Shown here piece by piece: positions 27,061-39,960 of a DNA stretch of 64,000 bases (within the stretch, counting starts at the first letter, position 1; each line of letters opens with the position of its first letter). Under the pieces are notes generated by a model. The model made no database searches and was not told the origin of the DNA. It was given only the letters and a program-made list of their open reading frames with translations. The stretch lies in assembly GCF_009914755.1 (NCBI RefSeq), contig NC_060925.1, one strand, 5' to 3'. Origin of the DNA: the human T2T-CHM13v2.0 reference genome, Homo sapiens. Position numbers and translations under genes: made by a program.

Positions 27061-27603
27061 CAGGAGGGATGTGAGGAGGGGTACCCTGTTCTTCCGGAAA
27101 CAGCCTGGTTTGGGGCTGTGGCGCTTGGCCCTCACTATAGTCCTCTAACCCCCTCTCTGGTTCTAAGGCCAGCCATCCTGGACTGGAGGCTCCCGGAAGG
27201 CAGGCCTCCATCTGTTTCCCTCAGCTCTCTTCGTTTGGGTGAGGATTTCCTGGGAGCTCTTACAGAGAGACAAGGCCATCTCTAAGTCCCCTGCTGGGCT
27301 TCTCCAGGCTTGATGAGGACAGGTGGCTGATGGAAAGGACACACGTCGTGTGGGGACAGCCACCTCTCACATGCTTGAGCCAGAGAGCCCTGCCGGGTTG
27401 GCATTGCTGGCCGCCCCTGTGCCAGAAAACTCTGCAAGGGGAACCTTCTCTGTCTTCCAGCAGGCCCTGGCTCAGGAGCTCCACCACCGTCTGACCCATC
27501 CCTCTTGGCTTCCCAAGGTTACGCCTTCAACTTCAAAGGAGAAGAAAATTCAGTGGGTCCAGAGGCAGACTGTCCCATTTTACAGATAAGAAAATGAAGG
27601 TTA

Positions 27604-27958
<355 letters not shown>

Positions 27959-29058
27959 TTAAGCTCCCTGCCCGAGGCAGCACAGCTAGGATGAGGCACA
28001 GAACTGGAACTCAGACTCGGCAGTGGCTCTGCTGAGCCTCCACACCTTCCACTACGCCAGAGCCTTCCAACGACCGGCCCTCCCAGTGCTCCTGGCTCCG
28101 GCCCACGAGGCTGGAGTGGCCACTGGTGCTGACGGGCACCCCCCGCCACCACCACTGGGCTGGCCGTGCTTTCACAGGTTTTTCCCAGCGGGGGCTGGAT
28201 TTCTGCCCAGCCAGGAATGTGCTCCCAGGATGTCAATTCTAATCTCCCCAGCGCTCTGACAGAATTAAGCTCCAGTTTGTCCGACAACATCCCAAAGTTT
28301 CAGAAATCCAGGGCAGACTCTCTAATCAGGCTGCAGGACAAAGGTCTGGCCTGACCCTGTCACTTCCATTTATTCCTCCTGTCTGTCTCCAGGCCTCGGC
28401 CTTTCTGCAGTTTCCTCCACCCTCTGCCCCTTCCCTGGCCAGCCCAACCCCCACCCTCTCCTCAGAGCTGCCTTGTCTCCACCCAGCCCAGCATTGGCCC
28501 TCCCCAAGCAGCCATGCCAGTCCTGTTGCTCCAGCATCCAAAGCCGAGGAATTCCTATGAGACCCACCTGCCGCCGCTCAGCCGCGGGCCTAACCTTGGT
28601 CCAGGTTCCCTTCCTTCCATTAGCTGACTTTAGGGAGCACACGGGCTCCACCTTTCCTCGGCTCCAGGGACTAGGTGTCCAGTTCAGAGTTACTCTCCGA
28701 GTCAGCCCACCCTGGCCTCCGGTTGGCCCAACTCTGGGCTCCGCATAACTGCCCCAGAAGCATCCTCTGGCCTCAGCAACCTCCATCCTGTTTGAGGGGT
28801 CGGCTTGTGGGCCTTGGCAAGCTTTGGCCTCTCGGCCATGTTTGGGGACAACTATGTGGGCAGAGACCTCTCTTCCTCAACCAACTCTGTGAGTCACCTC
28901 TTGGTGACTGTCTACGATGGTAGAAGCAGTCCTGTACCCGCGCTAGGCAGGATCTGCGGTGAGAACCCCAAGCCCTTGGCTCTGTTGGATCGTGCCATTA
29001 GGAAGGGACAAGGAGCCTGGGAGCAGCCGGGCAGAGAGAGGCAGCAGAGATGCCTCCT

Positions 29059-29904
29059 CCACTCCCCACAGCACCCAATCCTCTCCCCACAGCACCCAAT
29101 CCACACCCCACAGCACCCAATCCGCCCCCCACAGCACCCAATCCACACCCCACAGCATCCAATCCGCACCTCACAGCACCCAATCCGCACCCCACAGCAC
29201 CCAATCCGCTCCCCACAGCACCCAATCCGCACCCCACAGCACCCAATCCGCACCCCACAGCACCCAATCCGCTCCCTGCAGCACCCAATCCACACCCCAG
29301 AGCACCCAATCCGCTCCCCACAGCACCCAATCCGCTCCCCACAGCACCCAATCCACACCCCACAGCACCCAATCCACACCCACAGCACCCAATCCACACC
29401 CCACAGCATCCAATCCGCACCTACAGCACCCAATCCACTCCCCGCAGCACCCAATCCTCTCCCGGCAGCACCCAATCCACACCCCAGAGCACCCAATCCT
29501 CTCCCCACAGCACCCAATCCGCTTCCCACAGCACCCAATCCACACCCCACAGCACCCAATCCGCTCCCCACAGCACCCAATCCGCTCCCCACAGCACCCA
29601 ATCCACACCCCACAGCACCCAATCCACAACCCACAGCACCCAATCCGCACCCCACAGCACCCAATCCGCACCCCACAGCACCCAATCCACACCCACAGCA
29701 CCCAATCCACACCCCACAGCACCCAATCCGCTCCCCACAGCACCCAATCCACAACCCACAGCACCCAATCCGCTCTCCACAGCACCCAATCTGCTCCCCA
29801 CAGCACCCAATCCACACTCACAGCACCCAATCCCCACCCCATAGCACCCAATCCCCACCCCACAGCACCCAATCCACACTCCACAGCACCCAATCCGCTC
29901 CCCA
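29059..29904. repeat. Minisatellite, ~40 x 21-bp unit CCCCACAGCACCCAATCC(A/G)C(A/T)
   Basis: Read directly; 7-aa periodic ORFs in all frames; occasional 20-bp units. Confidence 0.97.
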
Positions 29905-30719
29905 TCCACATGGCTCTCGGGTAGACCCGGAGTGCTGATACCTGCCTCCATTTCCAGAGGAAGTCACATGCACAAGCCGGCTAGAAGAGGCACAGGCAGA
30001 GAGGCATGGATGGGGACCCCGGCTTAAATCTGGCTTGCTCACATCAAAAGATTCATGGGGAGCAGTGGGCAGAGGGAGACGTATGGACCATCTGGGGGGA
30101 TACTGAGGGTGGCTGCACTTGAGCCCCTGTGCTGAGCGTAAAGCCAGACCCAAGGGAAGGGGCTCCCCAAGCGAGAGCAGCAGAACGAATGCCCCGGTGC
30201 AGAGAGTAAGAAGAGGAAGAACAGGCGGAAGTGGCACTCTGCTGTTCTGCTGACCCTCTAGACAGCACAATAAATCTAGACTGGCCAGGATGGAGGGGCT
30301 CCCCAAGAGCTGCCCAGTGGCAGGTAGCACAGAAAGTCCTGGAATGCCACTAGTAGGCAGGGCCAGGCCACCTCCCTGGGCTGAGACCCGGCCCTGAGCA
30401 TGGAGTCAGTCCATCCCCCAAAGGCTTTCTCAAGCCTTCCCCTCTCCAGCTTCCTTAGCCACATTGTACAGAGCGGGGGTCCCTTTCTTGGAGTTGCAAT
30501 GACAGGCGGCTCTCTCTCCCTGGCAGTCTCTTTTACGTTCGGTCAAACTTCTCCCCCATCTCAAGGCTGCCCCTGCCTTCACCAGCACAGCCAGGCGGGG
30601 CACAGACCTAGCAGAGGGCTGGGCCTCAGGGCTCCCCTAGAGAGACTCAGATGGGCTGGGCTGCTGGAGGGACAGGAGCAGGAGGGACAGACGGCCAGCG
30701 AGGACACTGGGGAGGGCGT

Positions 30720-31130
30720 GTCTCCTTAATAAGCCCTTTCTCTGGAAGAATCAAAATCATTATAGTATTTTTACCTAATGACAGAAAAATCTACGAACGC
30801 CTGCCTATCAGCACTTTCCAAAAAGCCCCTGCAGTTCCCACGGAACCCACTCACCCCACCCCCAGCCTCTGCAGCTCCCCAGTTCCCCAAACTTCCCACT
30901 TGGCTTCTCTGCCTTTCTGTCCGATGCATCTTTCCTGCCTTGCCGTGCTGGGGTGTTGGTGAGTTGTTGGAGGTTTTTTTTTCTTTTCTTTTCTTTTTTG
31001 CTATTTATCAGCAGGTTGTGTGGAGCTGAGTGGTGTGAGCCTCACCCTGCTAAATAAAGCTTTGGTATTTCTGATAAAGCCATCAAATTCCTTATCGCAC
31101 TGACACAAAGTGCATTTAAAGAGACAGACA
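30720..31130. promoter_or_regulatory. Candidate conserved element(s)
   Basis: TAATGACAG, CTATC, GATAA, CTTATC (GATA cluster), ATCAAA. Confidence 0.5.
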
Positions 31131-31599
31131 CCCTGTCCCTCCCTCCTCACCAGCCCCTGCCCCCTCCAACCAGTTCAGATTTCCAGCTGCTCAGACACTT
31201 TGGGATCAGACACCAAATACGGCTCCTGAGGACATGGATGGGGGGCAGGGGGCAGGGGACAGGGGCGGAGGTAGAAAACCCTTGCCAATTCCCCCCCAAC
31301 TGATGTCAGAGCTGCCGGCACCCTGAACTCGGTCCCAGGGCGTGGCATGGGGCTTCCTGACCCAACTCTGGAAGCCGAAGGGAGCTATGAATAGAGACGT
31401 CCTGCACCGGAGGACGTCCTCATAAACAGAACAATCCTGTGGTAGGACAACAGCCATCAGTGGGAGGAAGAGTCCGGGCAGGCTGGTGGGCCTTTAAGGC
31501 TGTGCAGCCGCTGCGAGCACGCCTGGTCGCCTCAGCGACCAAAGCGGGTGCAGGGACGGGCCGAGGGGGCTACGGAGGCCCATTCAACACTGGGCAGAC

Positions 31600-31760
31600 A
31601 CACTCAGCAAAGCCTGACTTCACACATCCCTGGGAGGTGGGTGGAACTGCCTTCCCATTTGACAGATGAGGAAACTGAGGCTGGCCCAATGCCACAGGGC
31701 CAGGGGCAGGCCCAGCTGGGGCCCCAGCCCAGGCTTGTGGACAGCAGGGCTCGGCTCTGC
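31600..31760 (-). mobile_element. MIR
   Basis: CCCATTTGACAGATGAGGAAACTGAGGC core. Confidence 0.8.
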
Positions 31761-31939
31761 TAAGTGAGAGATGTTCCTCCCCCGACTGGTTCGCAGTCTC
31801 CCCTTCCGCCCTGTTGCCGTCCACTCCCCATTTAGGATCCCACAAGACAGGCCTTCCTGTGTCCCCGTGCCCACTCCCACCTCCTCGGCCCTGACTCGGC
31901 AGCCCAGGCCCTGCGCCCACACACAGCCTGTTGGTTGAG

Positions 31940-32040
31940 GAATCAAATTTATTATTTTTAATTATTTTGATTTATCAAAGCAGCAGCTACAATCATATTA
32001 AACCAACTTGGCTTCTTGGCATTTAACAGATATAGCTGCC
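31940..32040. promoter_or_regulatory. Candidate conserved element
   Basis: TTAATTA, TGATTTAT (PBX-HOX-like), ATCAAAG. Confidence 0.45.
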
Positions 32041-32448
32041 GCAGGACTCCCCCAGACTCCATAAAACATCCAGTCTGTCCACCTGCTCCCCAAGGAGGGC
32101 ACGCCAGGCTCCTTCTCCAAGAACCCCAAATTGGAAGGCCACTAGGCCCCCACTTCTGGTTCTGCCCTGCCAGAGGCACATGCAGCCAAAGTCGCTGAGG
32201 GCCAGAGGGTGGGAAAGGAACAGGCTGGGCAGAGCTGCCAGTGCCTTGGGACACAGTCACCTCCATGCTTTAGCCCAGGAGACCCTGCCGGAGTCCTGAC
32301 CCACTGGGGAGTGGGCAGCAGACCCAGGCCCACAACGTCTCCACTGGCATCCGTAGGAGTCTGCTCTATCCCACACCTATGACTGGGCACTTAACCTGCA
32401 GGAGCCAAATCATTCTGCAGAACCTTGCCCACAAGAGGAATTACTGCC

Positions 32449-32809
32449 TCTTTCTTTTTCTTTTCTTTTCTTTTTTTTTAAGACAGGGTCTCTCTTGCTC
32501 TGTTGCCCAGGCTGGAGTGCATTTGTGCATTTGGTATTTCTGATAAAGCCATCAAATTCCTTGGTGTGATCTCTGCTCACTGCAACCTCTGCTTTCCGGG
32601 TTCAAGCAATTGTTGTGCCTCAGCCTCCCGAGTAACTGGGATTACAGGCACTCGCCACCACACCTGGCTAATTTTTTTTTTACTTTTAGTGGAGGTGGGG
32701 TTTCCAACCATGTTGGCCAGACTAGTCTCGAACTCCTGACCTCAAGCAATCTGCCCGCTTCCGGCTCCCTAAGTGCTGGGATTACAGGCGTGAGCCACCG
32801 CACCCGGCC
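32449..32809 (-). mobile_element. Alu carrying a ~41-nt non-Alu insertion
   Basis: Reverse Alu; non-Alu sequence at 32522-32562. Confidence 0.95.
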
Positions 32810-33659
32810 CCGTGCCCCTTTCTTGTAAGGGGAGAGCCTGAGGTTCGGAGAAGGGAGGTCTGCCAGCAAGGCACAGCTCCTAAGAACAGTAAGGCTGTTT
32901 CTCTTCTATTTGAATCAAAAGCCCTCATTCTTTTGACCGTACCCCACTGCCTTCCCTTTAGACCTGAAAAGCTGCAACCTGCCCACGAACTGTGGAGAAT
33001 GGTAGCCCAAGACAAGGGACCCTGAAATTCAAGGTGATGTCCTAAGGCTGCACACGCCATGCATTTAGAATCTGAGTGCTTGGGAGAAGGGATCCCTAAG
33101 AAGCAGCGCTGTGGGGAAGGTGGCACCGAACAAGTTTCTAAGGGACACTCAGGTCCACCTGGAGCACGAGGAGAGGCTGGCCACCTGTAGGGCATGGGGA
33201 ACGGGGGCTCAGGTGAGCAGATGCATGACTCAATTCAACCAGGGAGCTGGGCCATGCCCTCAGGTACTGCCCAATCCTGAAGCCCGTGGGTCCCAGAGCC
33301 TGGCACAGTGAGAGAAGAGGCAGCAGGGTATGGGAATAGAGGAATTGGGCACTTCAACGTTCCAAGCAAAAACTGCACACAAAGAGCATGGGGGATCCCC
33401 ACAGGCCTGGAACAGGCACCTCCGGGGTTCAAAGGCCCACAGAAGCCACCGGAGGCAGCTCCCAGCCCCTGAGAGGAGGCAAATCTTGTCTTCTTGGTGC
33501 AGTGAAGAGGCCAGCAGTGCAGAGATATGGTGCCTGAACACAGGTCCTCCGACAGCACCAGGGTGCGGTGTGTTTGCGCACAAAAAGAATAGTCAGCTGG
33601 GATCAAACCAGGAGCCAGGCGGCTGCCGGTCCCCACTGCTCTGCCCAGAGGCCCTGTGG

Positions 33660-33860
33660 CCTGGCCACAGAGAGCTTGGATCCGGCTGCAAGTTCTGAAG
33701 TCTGGTAGGTACCGATGGGCATGTGATCTGGCCTCTCCGAGGTTCAATTTCCTTGTCTATAAAATGCACGCGATGATCGTGCCTGTCGCAGGGGGCTGTG
33801 GTGAGGGTTTGGGGAAGCGATGAGGGTAAAGCTCTTAGCAAAGTGTCTACACATTTCTAT
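33660..33860 (+). mobile_element. MIR (degenerate)
   Basis: GCCTCTCCGAGGTTCAATTTCCTTGTCTATAAAATG...GTAAAGCTCTTAGCA. Confidence 0.6.
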
Positions 33861-34879
33861 GTGGAAAATGTGGTGCCAGTCATCATTGTGATCATTGTCA
33901 TCATCATCGCCATCGCTAAACACTTCTCTAACCAGGATATGGTAACTAGGAATCGTGCCTTTGGGGCTGGTGATGGCAGAGAGACTGGCAGCACTGACCA
34001 GCCCTCCCACTGTGCTCCCCAAAGAGCCTGGGGAAGCTCAGAAATGTCTAGAGGAGGCCACCCCTACTGCCTGCCCTGAAAACTGACGAAAGCAGCCACC
34101 AAGGCCCTGGACTGTAAGGCTGGAGGGGAAGGTGGGAAGACTTGGGCAGTCCCATTTGCCTATCAAAAACTGTACATTCGCTCGGCTTTCCACGGGACTC
34201 ATGTCCTAATATGGGCCCAGCAGCTTTCTGGGTTATTTCGAGTACATGTGATAATGACTCCAGGCTTCGCTTCTGCTGCCCCCAGAAAACTTTCCATCTG
34301 GGGAGAGGGAGGACGGCTGGCAAAGAATGAGAAGGGCGTAGGGAAGCCCAAGGTCAGAGAGTGGGGAGGAAGTGGACGCCGGTGGGTGAGCTGAGGGAGG
34401 GTGAGTGGAAGCTGGAGGGTTAGGGCTGGCCAAGGGACCAAGGGGAGAGGCAGGCATGGGTGCCGCGTGGGCCCAGCCAAGGGCTCCAGGACACGAGGTG
34501 GACACCCGACCTCATGCCCTGCCTACCACCCACCGTCCCAGGGAAGTTCACCCTGCTCAGGGCCACAACCGGCTCTGGAGGGAGGGATTTAAGAGCAAAG
34601 CCACAGAGGGCCCTCATCCTGCCTCCTCGCCCGTAACTCTGGTGGGGGTCCCTTTTGTACAGGAGCCAAGCTGGGCTCCTGGGCCTCAGGCAACTGCCCG
34701 GTGCCCAGGGTCCCCTTGGCTCCTTGATTTATTTGCCTATTAATTATCTTTCTGGCCAAGCTTGGCCACCAACTCCAGACTGCACAGGGTTAACTCCAGA
34801 CAGAGGGGCTGGCTGGCTTTCCTTCACTCTACCTCAATTTCTACTGCTCCTATCACCTACCTCCCCCACCCCCTGATCT

Positions 34880-35100
34880 TAGGGAAAAAAAAACCCATCA
34901 AAATAACTATTTTATGTCTCCAAATATGCAGATCATTTTCTTTAATGAAAGATGCTTGACGTCTCCGATCCAATTAATATGCAAATGCAGGAGAGGATTT
35001 ATTTGTGACATTCTGTCTGGGTGAGAGAAAACAAAAAAGGCCTGTTAACCAAAACACTAATTGCTGTGACTGATTGTCACATATCATCATTTTCATAGGA
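34880..35100. promoter_or_regulatory. Candidate conserved enhancer
   Basis: CAATTAAT overlapping octamer ATGCAAAT (34979-34986), CTAATTG, palindromic TGTGAC-N5-GTCACA. Confidence 0.6.
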
Positions 35101-37724
35101 TCTCCTCCATTCCCGGCTCGCAGGGAGCTTGAAACCAGGACTGGTTCCATGCGGGCATCAAGGAGAAACAGGGCAACTGGCTACCTGCCAGCGTGGCCCC
35201 CTTGCCATCAGAGCCCACGGGGGGCTGGACGAGGGTGGAGGGTACGCCAGTGACCTCCCCTCCTAAGCTGCACCTCACCACTGACCTGCAAGTGCCGACC
35301 TGCAAACCAGGAAGTGGACGGCCCCAGCCTCTATCGGATCTGGCAGGCCTGGGGAGGCCTCAGGCAGCTTCAGCCCAGCAAGTCTCTGGGTCGTGGTGGA
35401 GGCCAACTGCCTTTTTGCTGCCTGACCTGCCTGCTAGGAAGCAGAGGCGGGCCCATGCCGAGGGGAAGAAGAGGGGCCAGGGCAGCCTCTTCGGGTCCGC
35501 CCAGCTGCCACTCCCACCTGTCTCTTCCTGTGTTTCTCCTGCTGTATCTTTTACCTTGAGCACCTGTTGACAGAGGCCACCTAGGGAAACTGAGGCACAG
35601 CAGAGCATCTGCTCGTTAAGATGACACAGGCATCTATGGAAACGTTGGAACCAGGCATCCGCTGTGTCTGGGCAGACACCTGCGTCTTGGCCCCGCCCCT
35701 TCGCAACCTGCACTGAAGTGGGCCGTCAGCTGTCACAGCCACCGTCTCCCCTGAGCGGCTCAGGAGGCCATGAGGGCTCCTCAGAGGACCATGAGGCTTC
35801 CTTTACCCCATGGCTTTAGGGAGAACAGGCAGGAGAGTGAGTGTTGACGGGCACCCCATTCTCAAACGCCAAGGGGGAACTGGAGAGGAAACAACATGTT
35901 TTGCTGAAGACACTCAGTAAAGGATGAGAAGGTTCTGGTGCCACGCAGTTCCAAACTCAAGGCCAAGGGGCAGAAAAAGATTCCCTAAAGCAGCCTTCCG
36001 TCCCACACGGGCCAGCGAACAAGGGGAGCCTACAGGGCACGGACTTAGGGACCGAGTACCTTCGAGGGCAGATCTCTTTCCATTCAAGCTCGAACATTCT
36101 GGGTGCTCGGAGAAGGCTTCTTCTATCTTCCTATCACCTTCCCAGAACTCCTCCAAGTTTCCAAGGACACTGAAAACTGGGTGCTGGGAGCCCAAGTGGG
36201 CAAGGCCCACTCACAGGGGGGCAGCTAAGAGGCAGGTATCCAGTGAGCACCAATTCGGACTGGCCCAGGGCTCCATGTCTGCCCCCAGCAGAGCCGTGGT
36301 GGTGGCTGAAGGTGGTCCCATCTCACTCGACTTCCATTTCAAACATCCCTGTCTCCTGCCCCAGCCCAGCTGCCTCCCTCTGGCATTACTGCCACAGGCC
36401 TCTAGGAAGAGCTGGCGCCAGGGCTGCATGGGGCAGACACTCTCCCCCCCAAAAAGGCCTGCCCCCGCACCCCAGAAACAGGCCCAACAGGATGCCATCC
36501 GGGGGAGCTTGGAAGCCTTCCGGGAAGAGCACTGCCCTGGCACCAGTCCTGCGGGAAGGAGGTGAGCCGGGTCTGCCACTGTCTGCGCTCACCTGATGTG
36601 CGCCCACGGCAGCTGAGCACCAATGGGGTGTGCGTGGGTGCAGACGGGAGGTGCGCATCATGGCGCCAGGAGCCAGAGGAGGAAGGGCAAGTGGCTGGGA
36701 GTGGCAGCAGGCTGGCTGGTCACTGAACAGTGCCCTGGCTGTAAACCGGACGTGGGAAGGCCCCGCCTGCCAGTGTGGATGGTGGGTGGGTAGGGGGACA
36801 AGAGGAAGGGTTTCATCTGAACACCCAGCCAGAGGGGCCCACCTCCCCCTGGCCTGTCCATCACCACTGCACAGTGAGTGGGGGCAGGCCTTGCTTCTAC
36901 TTCACTTGTGCCCATACCACAGTCACTCACAGATACAGCCTCCTAGGGGGCTCTGGGGTGTGGGGGCTCTCACTGTGCCATGATTTAGAGCCCCTTTAAA
37001 ACCAACCCATCTGTGCATTAAAACCACCCATAAAACAGAGGAGCCACTGGCTGTGGCTCTGAGCAGTCTATTCAAGCCAGGCGCCAGCCTCTCACCTGCT
37101 GCCTCACCCCTGCCCCGGTGCCCAGCCTGGGGGCAGCACATGCCCTGTTGGACACGGCAAATTTGGGTGGGGTTAGGCCAGCTTCCTGGCACTGGGCAAT
37201 GGGGTCCTGCGCTTTGCAGGTGCCTTTCTCATGGCTTAGAGGAAAGGACCCTCCAGGGCATCAAATCAGCAGCCCTGGCTGGAAGCTGCCCCCATCTCTG
37301 AATCTTCCTTGGCCCTGTCTCCCACTCTCTTTTCTCCATGGCCTGGGTCCTTCAGGACTAGATGCCCAGGAAGCTCATCCAGCGGTCACATTTCCCTCTA
37401 ACTCCCCCTGCAACCTGGCTGCTCTCACGGTCAGCTTCAGTCCACCCGTCTCAGGTGGCCTCCCCAGTTCAGCACTGCCTGGGTCATGTGCCCCAGCCCC
37501 AGAGCCCACCTTCTCCTCTTCTTTGGGGGTTCTTCCCGAGTCCAAACCATGCCAGCAGGGGTTCAACCCTAAACTCACACCCAACCGCTAGCACCTGCCC
37601 CAGCCTCCCATATCACTTTGGATTCCTGGTGAGGACAAGCCCAGTTTTCCAAACCGACCTTGGAGCTCTTTGACCACAGCACACTTTGGGAGAAGGTGGA
37701 AGAGTCCTCCCCATCTTTGCCAAA

Positions 37725-38070
37725 AGAGGTGTCAGGCTAACGTTACACCAGCTTTAAAAATACCCCAGCACACGATCCACAGGGTGAGAGCAAAGGCCAC
37801 GTGGTCAGAGCCGGGCTATAAATAGCCAGCAAATCATTTCCCAGAGCCACGGCCCCCTCCCCAGCACCAAGAACCTTTCTGAGGAAATCAAAGTGAACGC
37901 AACTGTTACCAAGTCACTACTAAAATATTTACCAGCCTGGCGAAGTGCCGAAGGTGCTTGGCACCGAGTGTTTGCTTATTTACAAGGCTGTTTTAAAGGG
38001 TAGAAAGCAAAATAAGGTAACCTGAGCTATTAAACCCGGGGGCCAGGTGGTACCTACCAGCTGTCAGCCA
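37725..38070. promoter_or_regulatory. Candidate muscle/cardiac-type enhancer
   Basis: Perfect MEF2 CTATAAATAG, T-box half-site AGGTGTCA, FOX TATTTAC/TGTTTGC, E-boxes. Confidence 0.5.
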
Positions 38071-38984
38071 CCCCAGGCATGTCGGGAGCTAGAACAGTCC
38101 TGGTGGAGATTCCCTTGAAATGGGTCAGGAAAGCAGAGAGAGGCTTTGGAGCCCAGGAATCACCTAGCCCTCAGGGGTAGGGGCTCAGGGAGTGGGAGCA
38201 GAGAGTGTTAGAGGTTAGAGAAGCACTTCTCCCCCAGCCAAAGCAAGCAGGGCCTAGCACGAGCTCCAAGGTTGCCCCTGGTCTTCGCTCAGAGGGGCAC
38301 CCCAAGGGCACTGCCCAGCCAGAGGCAGGGGCAAGGGCCCTGGGAGGGAGAGGCAAGGCGGGGAAGAGGAGGCAGAGGAAGGCAGGTGGGGGGCTGGCTG
38401 GGAGCCTCGGAGGATGACATAAGGGGGACACAGCCAACCTGGGGAAGAGAAGGTGCTCAACTTCTCTCTTTCTCCTCTTTCTCTGAAGTTTCCTTGTGGT
38501 TTGAATTTAATTTTGATTTTCTCAACTTCAGCAGATTGAAGTTGAAATAACCTACAAATTACTTAATGTGTTGTAAATCTGGGGGAATTCAGGAGTAATT
38601 GGGACCACATGTTGGCCGGGAGGGAGCCCACAGAGGACGGAGGGAAGCAGCCCTCGCAGACGTGCAGGTGGCTGTTCTTCCCTGGAGGGAGGGGGCTTGG
38701 GCTCCCCTCGGTGGGGGTAGGATTCCCTAGTTGGCCAGGGAGCCCTGGATGGATACGGCGAGAACGTGTTAAGACCAAGGAGTGACCATGTCACTGCCCA
38801 GGGCAGCCCGGTGACCGTGGACACAGGGCGGCCAAGTAGGCTGGGTGCCAGGCGTCTGCCAGGCCCCTCCACCGTGCCAATGCCAACACCGTGGCCGCCT
38901 CCCGCTGCATGCGTGTGGCTGTCAGCTGAGCTCCCCTCCCGCCCTCCCTCTCCGGCAGGCTCCTCTCAAGTACTGAGCCATATG

Positions 38985-39250
38985 GTTCCAGTTAAGCTCC
39001 ATATTTTTCCTTGTCGATTGAAGAGACACACTTTCCTCTTTGCCAGACAGTTTGCAGATTGCTCTGTTGGCTCAATTTCTTATTGGATTTCTCAAAAAAC
39101 CTGACATTTTAAATTAATTTACAGCCACAACAAAAAGAGTTCAGAATTTTAATGGTGTTGTAAGTAATTTTTAGGTAATCCACTCCAGATTTTGATATTA
39201 ACCTTTGAAACTGGAGTTCATTCAGCTACCATGTTACAATCCAGTCACAC
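38985..39250. promoter_or_regulatory. Candidate conserved enhancer
   Basis: AT-rich unique block; AAATTAATTT, TTTAATGG, TAATCC, CCTTTGAA. Confidence 0.55.
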
Positions 39251-39569
39251 TCCAGGCCTGGGGGAGGCCAGGCTTGGGGAGGAGGTGGAAGCCAGGTTCT
39301 GGAAAGCCCTTTTTTTTTTTTTACTAGGAGACCCCAGAGAGGATGATCCTGGGGAACCCTGGACAGGTGAGTGACAAGACAGCGGCAGTGGGGTGGGGAG
39401 GGAATGGCAAGGGGGGCCTGAAGACAGCAGGGCAGGTGTAAGAGAGTCATTGAGGGGGCCAGAGGGCCTGCCGAATGTTCTAGAAGGATGGGCCGGACTT
39501 AGGAGGGGGCAGCATCCTCAGGATCCCTTAGTAGCAAGAGCAGGGTGAGGCTCCACCTCAGTGCACTAG

Positions 39570-39960
39570 GAAATAATGGTAATAGCAATAATAATGACAG
39601 CTAGCATTTGCTGAGCAGTCACTATCTGTCAGGGGCTGTACCATCTCATTGATGCCTCCAACCACCTATGGGGCAGGGCCTATACTATCACCACCACCAC
39701 TACTACCAGTACTACTACTACTGCTGCTACTACCACCAGCATGACCATTAATTGTTAGTGTTTATGGAGGGCTGACCGCGTCCCAGGCAGAGTGAAGTCG
39801 GTTTTATAAACCACCTCATTAAACAGCAACAGAAACCCTGTAGGAGACACCACTGTTCATGCCCTCATTTACGGAGGAGGAAATGAGGCTTGGGGAGGTG
39901 AAACCGGGTCTCCCCAGCTTGGGGCTACTGACCAACAGCCACGCTCTGGGATGCCGCCAT
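39570..39960 (-). mobile_element. Two MIR fragments separated by (CAC/CTA)n simple repeat
   Basis: CTAGCATTTGCTGAGCA; CATTTACGGAGGAGGAAATGAGGCT. Confidence 0.6.

Noticed and set aside
28805-29951. Long repetitive ORFs (PQHPIRT, Cys/Gly-rich KRTAP-like)
   Set aside because: Translations of a stop-free 21-bp minisatellite in all frames
35924-36565. 213-aa ORF (similarly 10393-11133, 22352-23026, 42396-43028, 49478-50092)
   Set aside because: No domain similarity or exon structure; such lengths are expected by chance in GC-rich DNA
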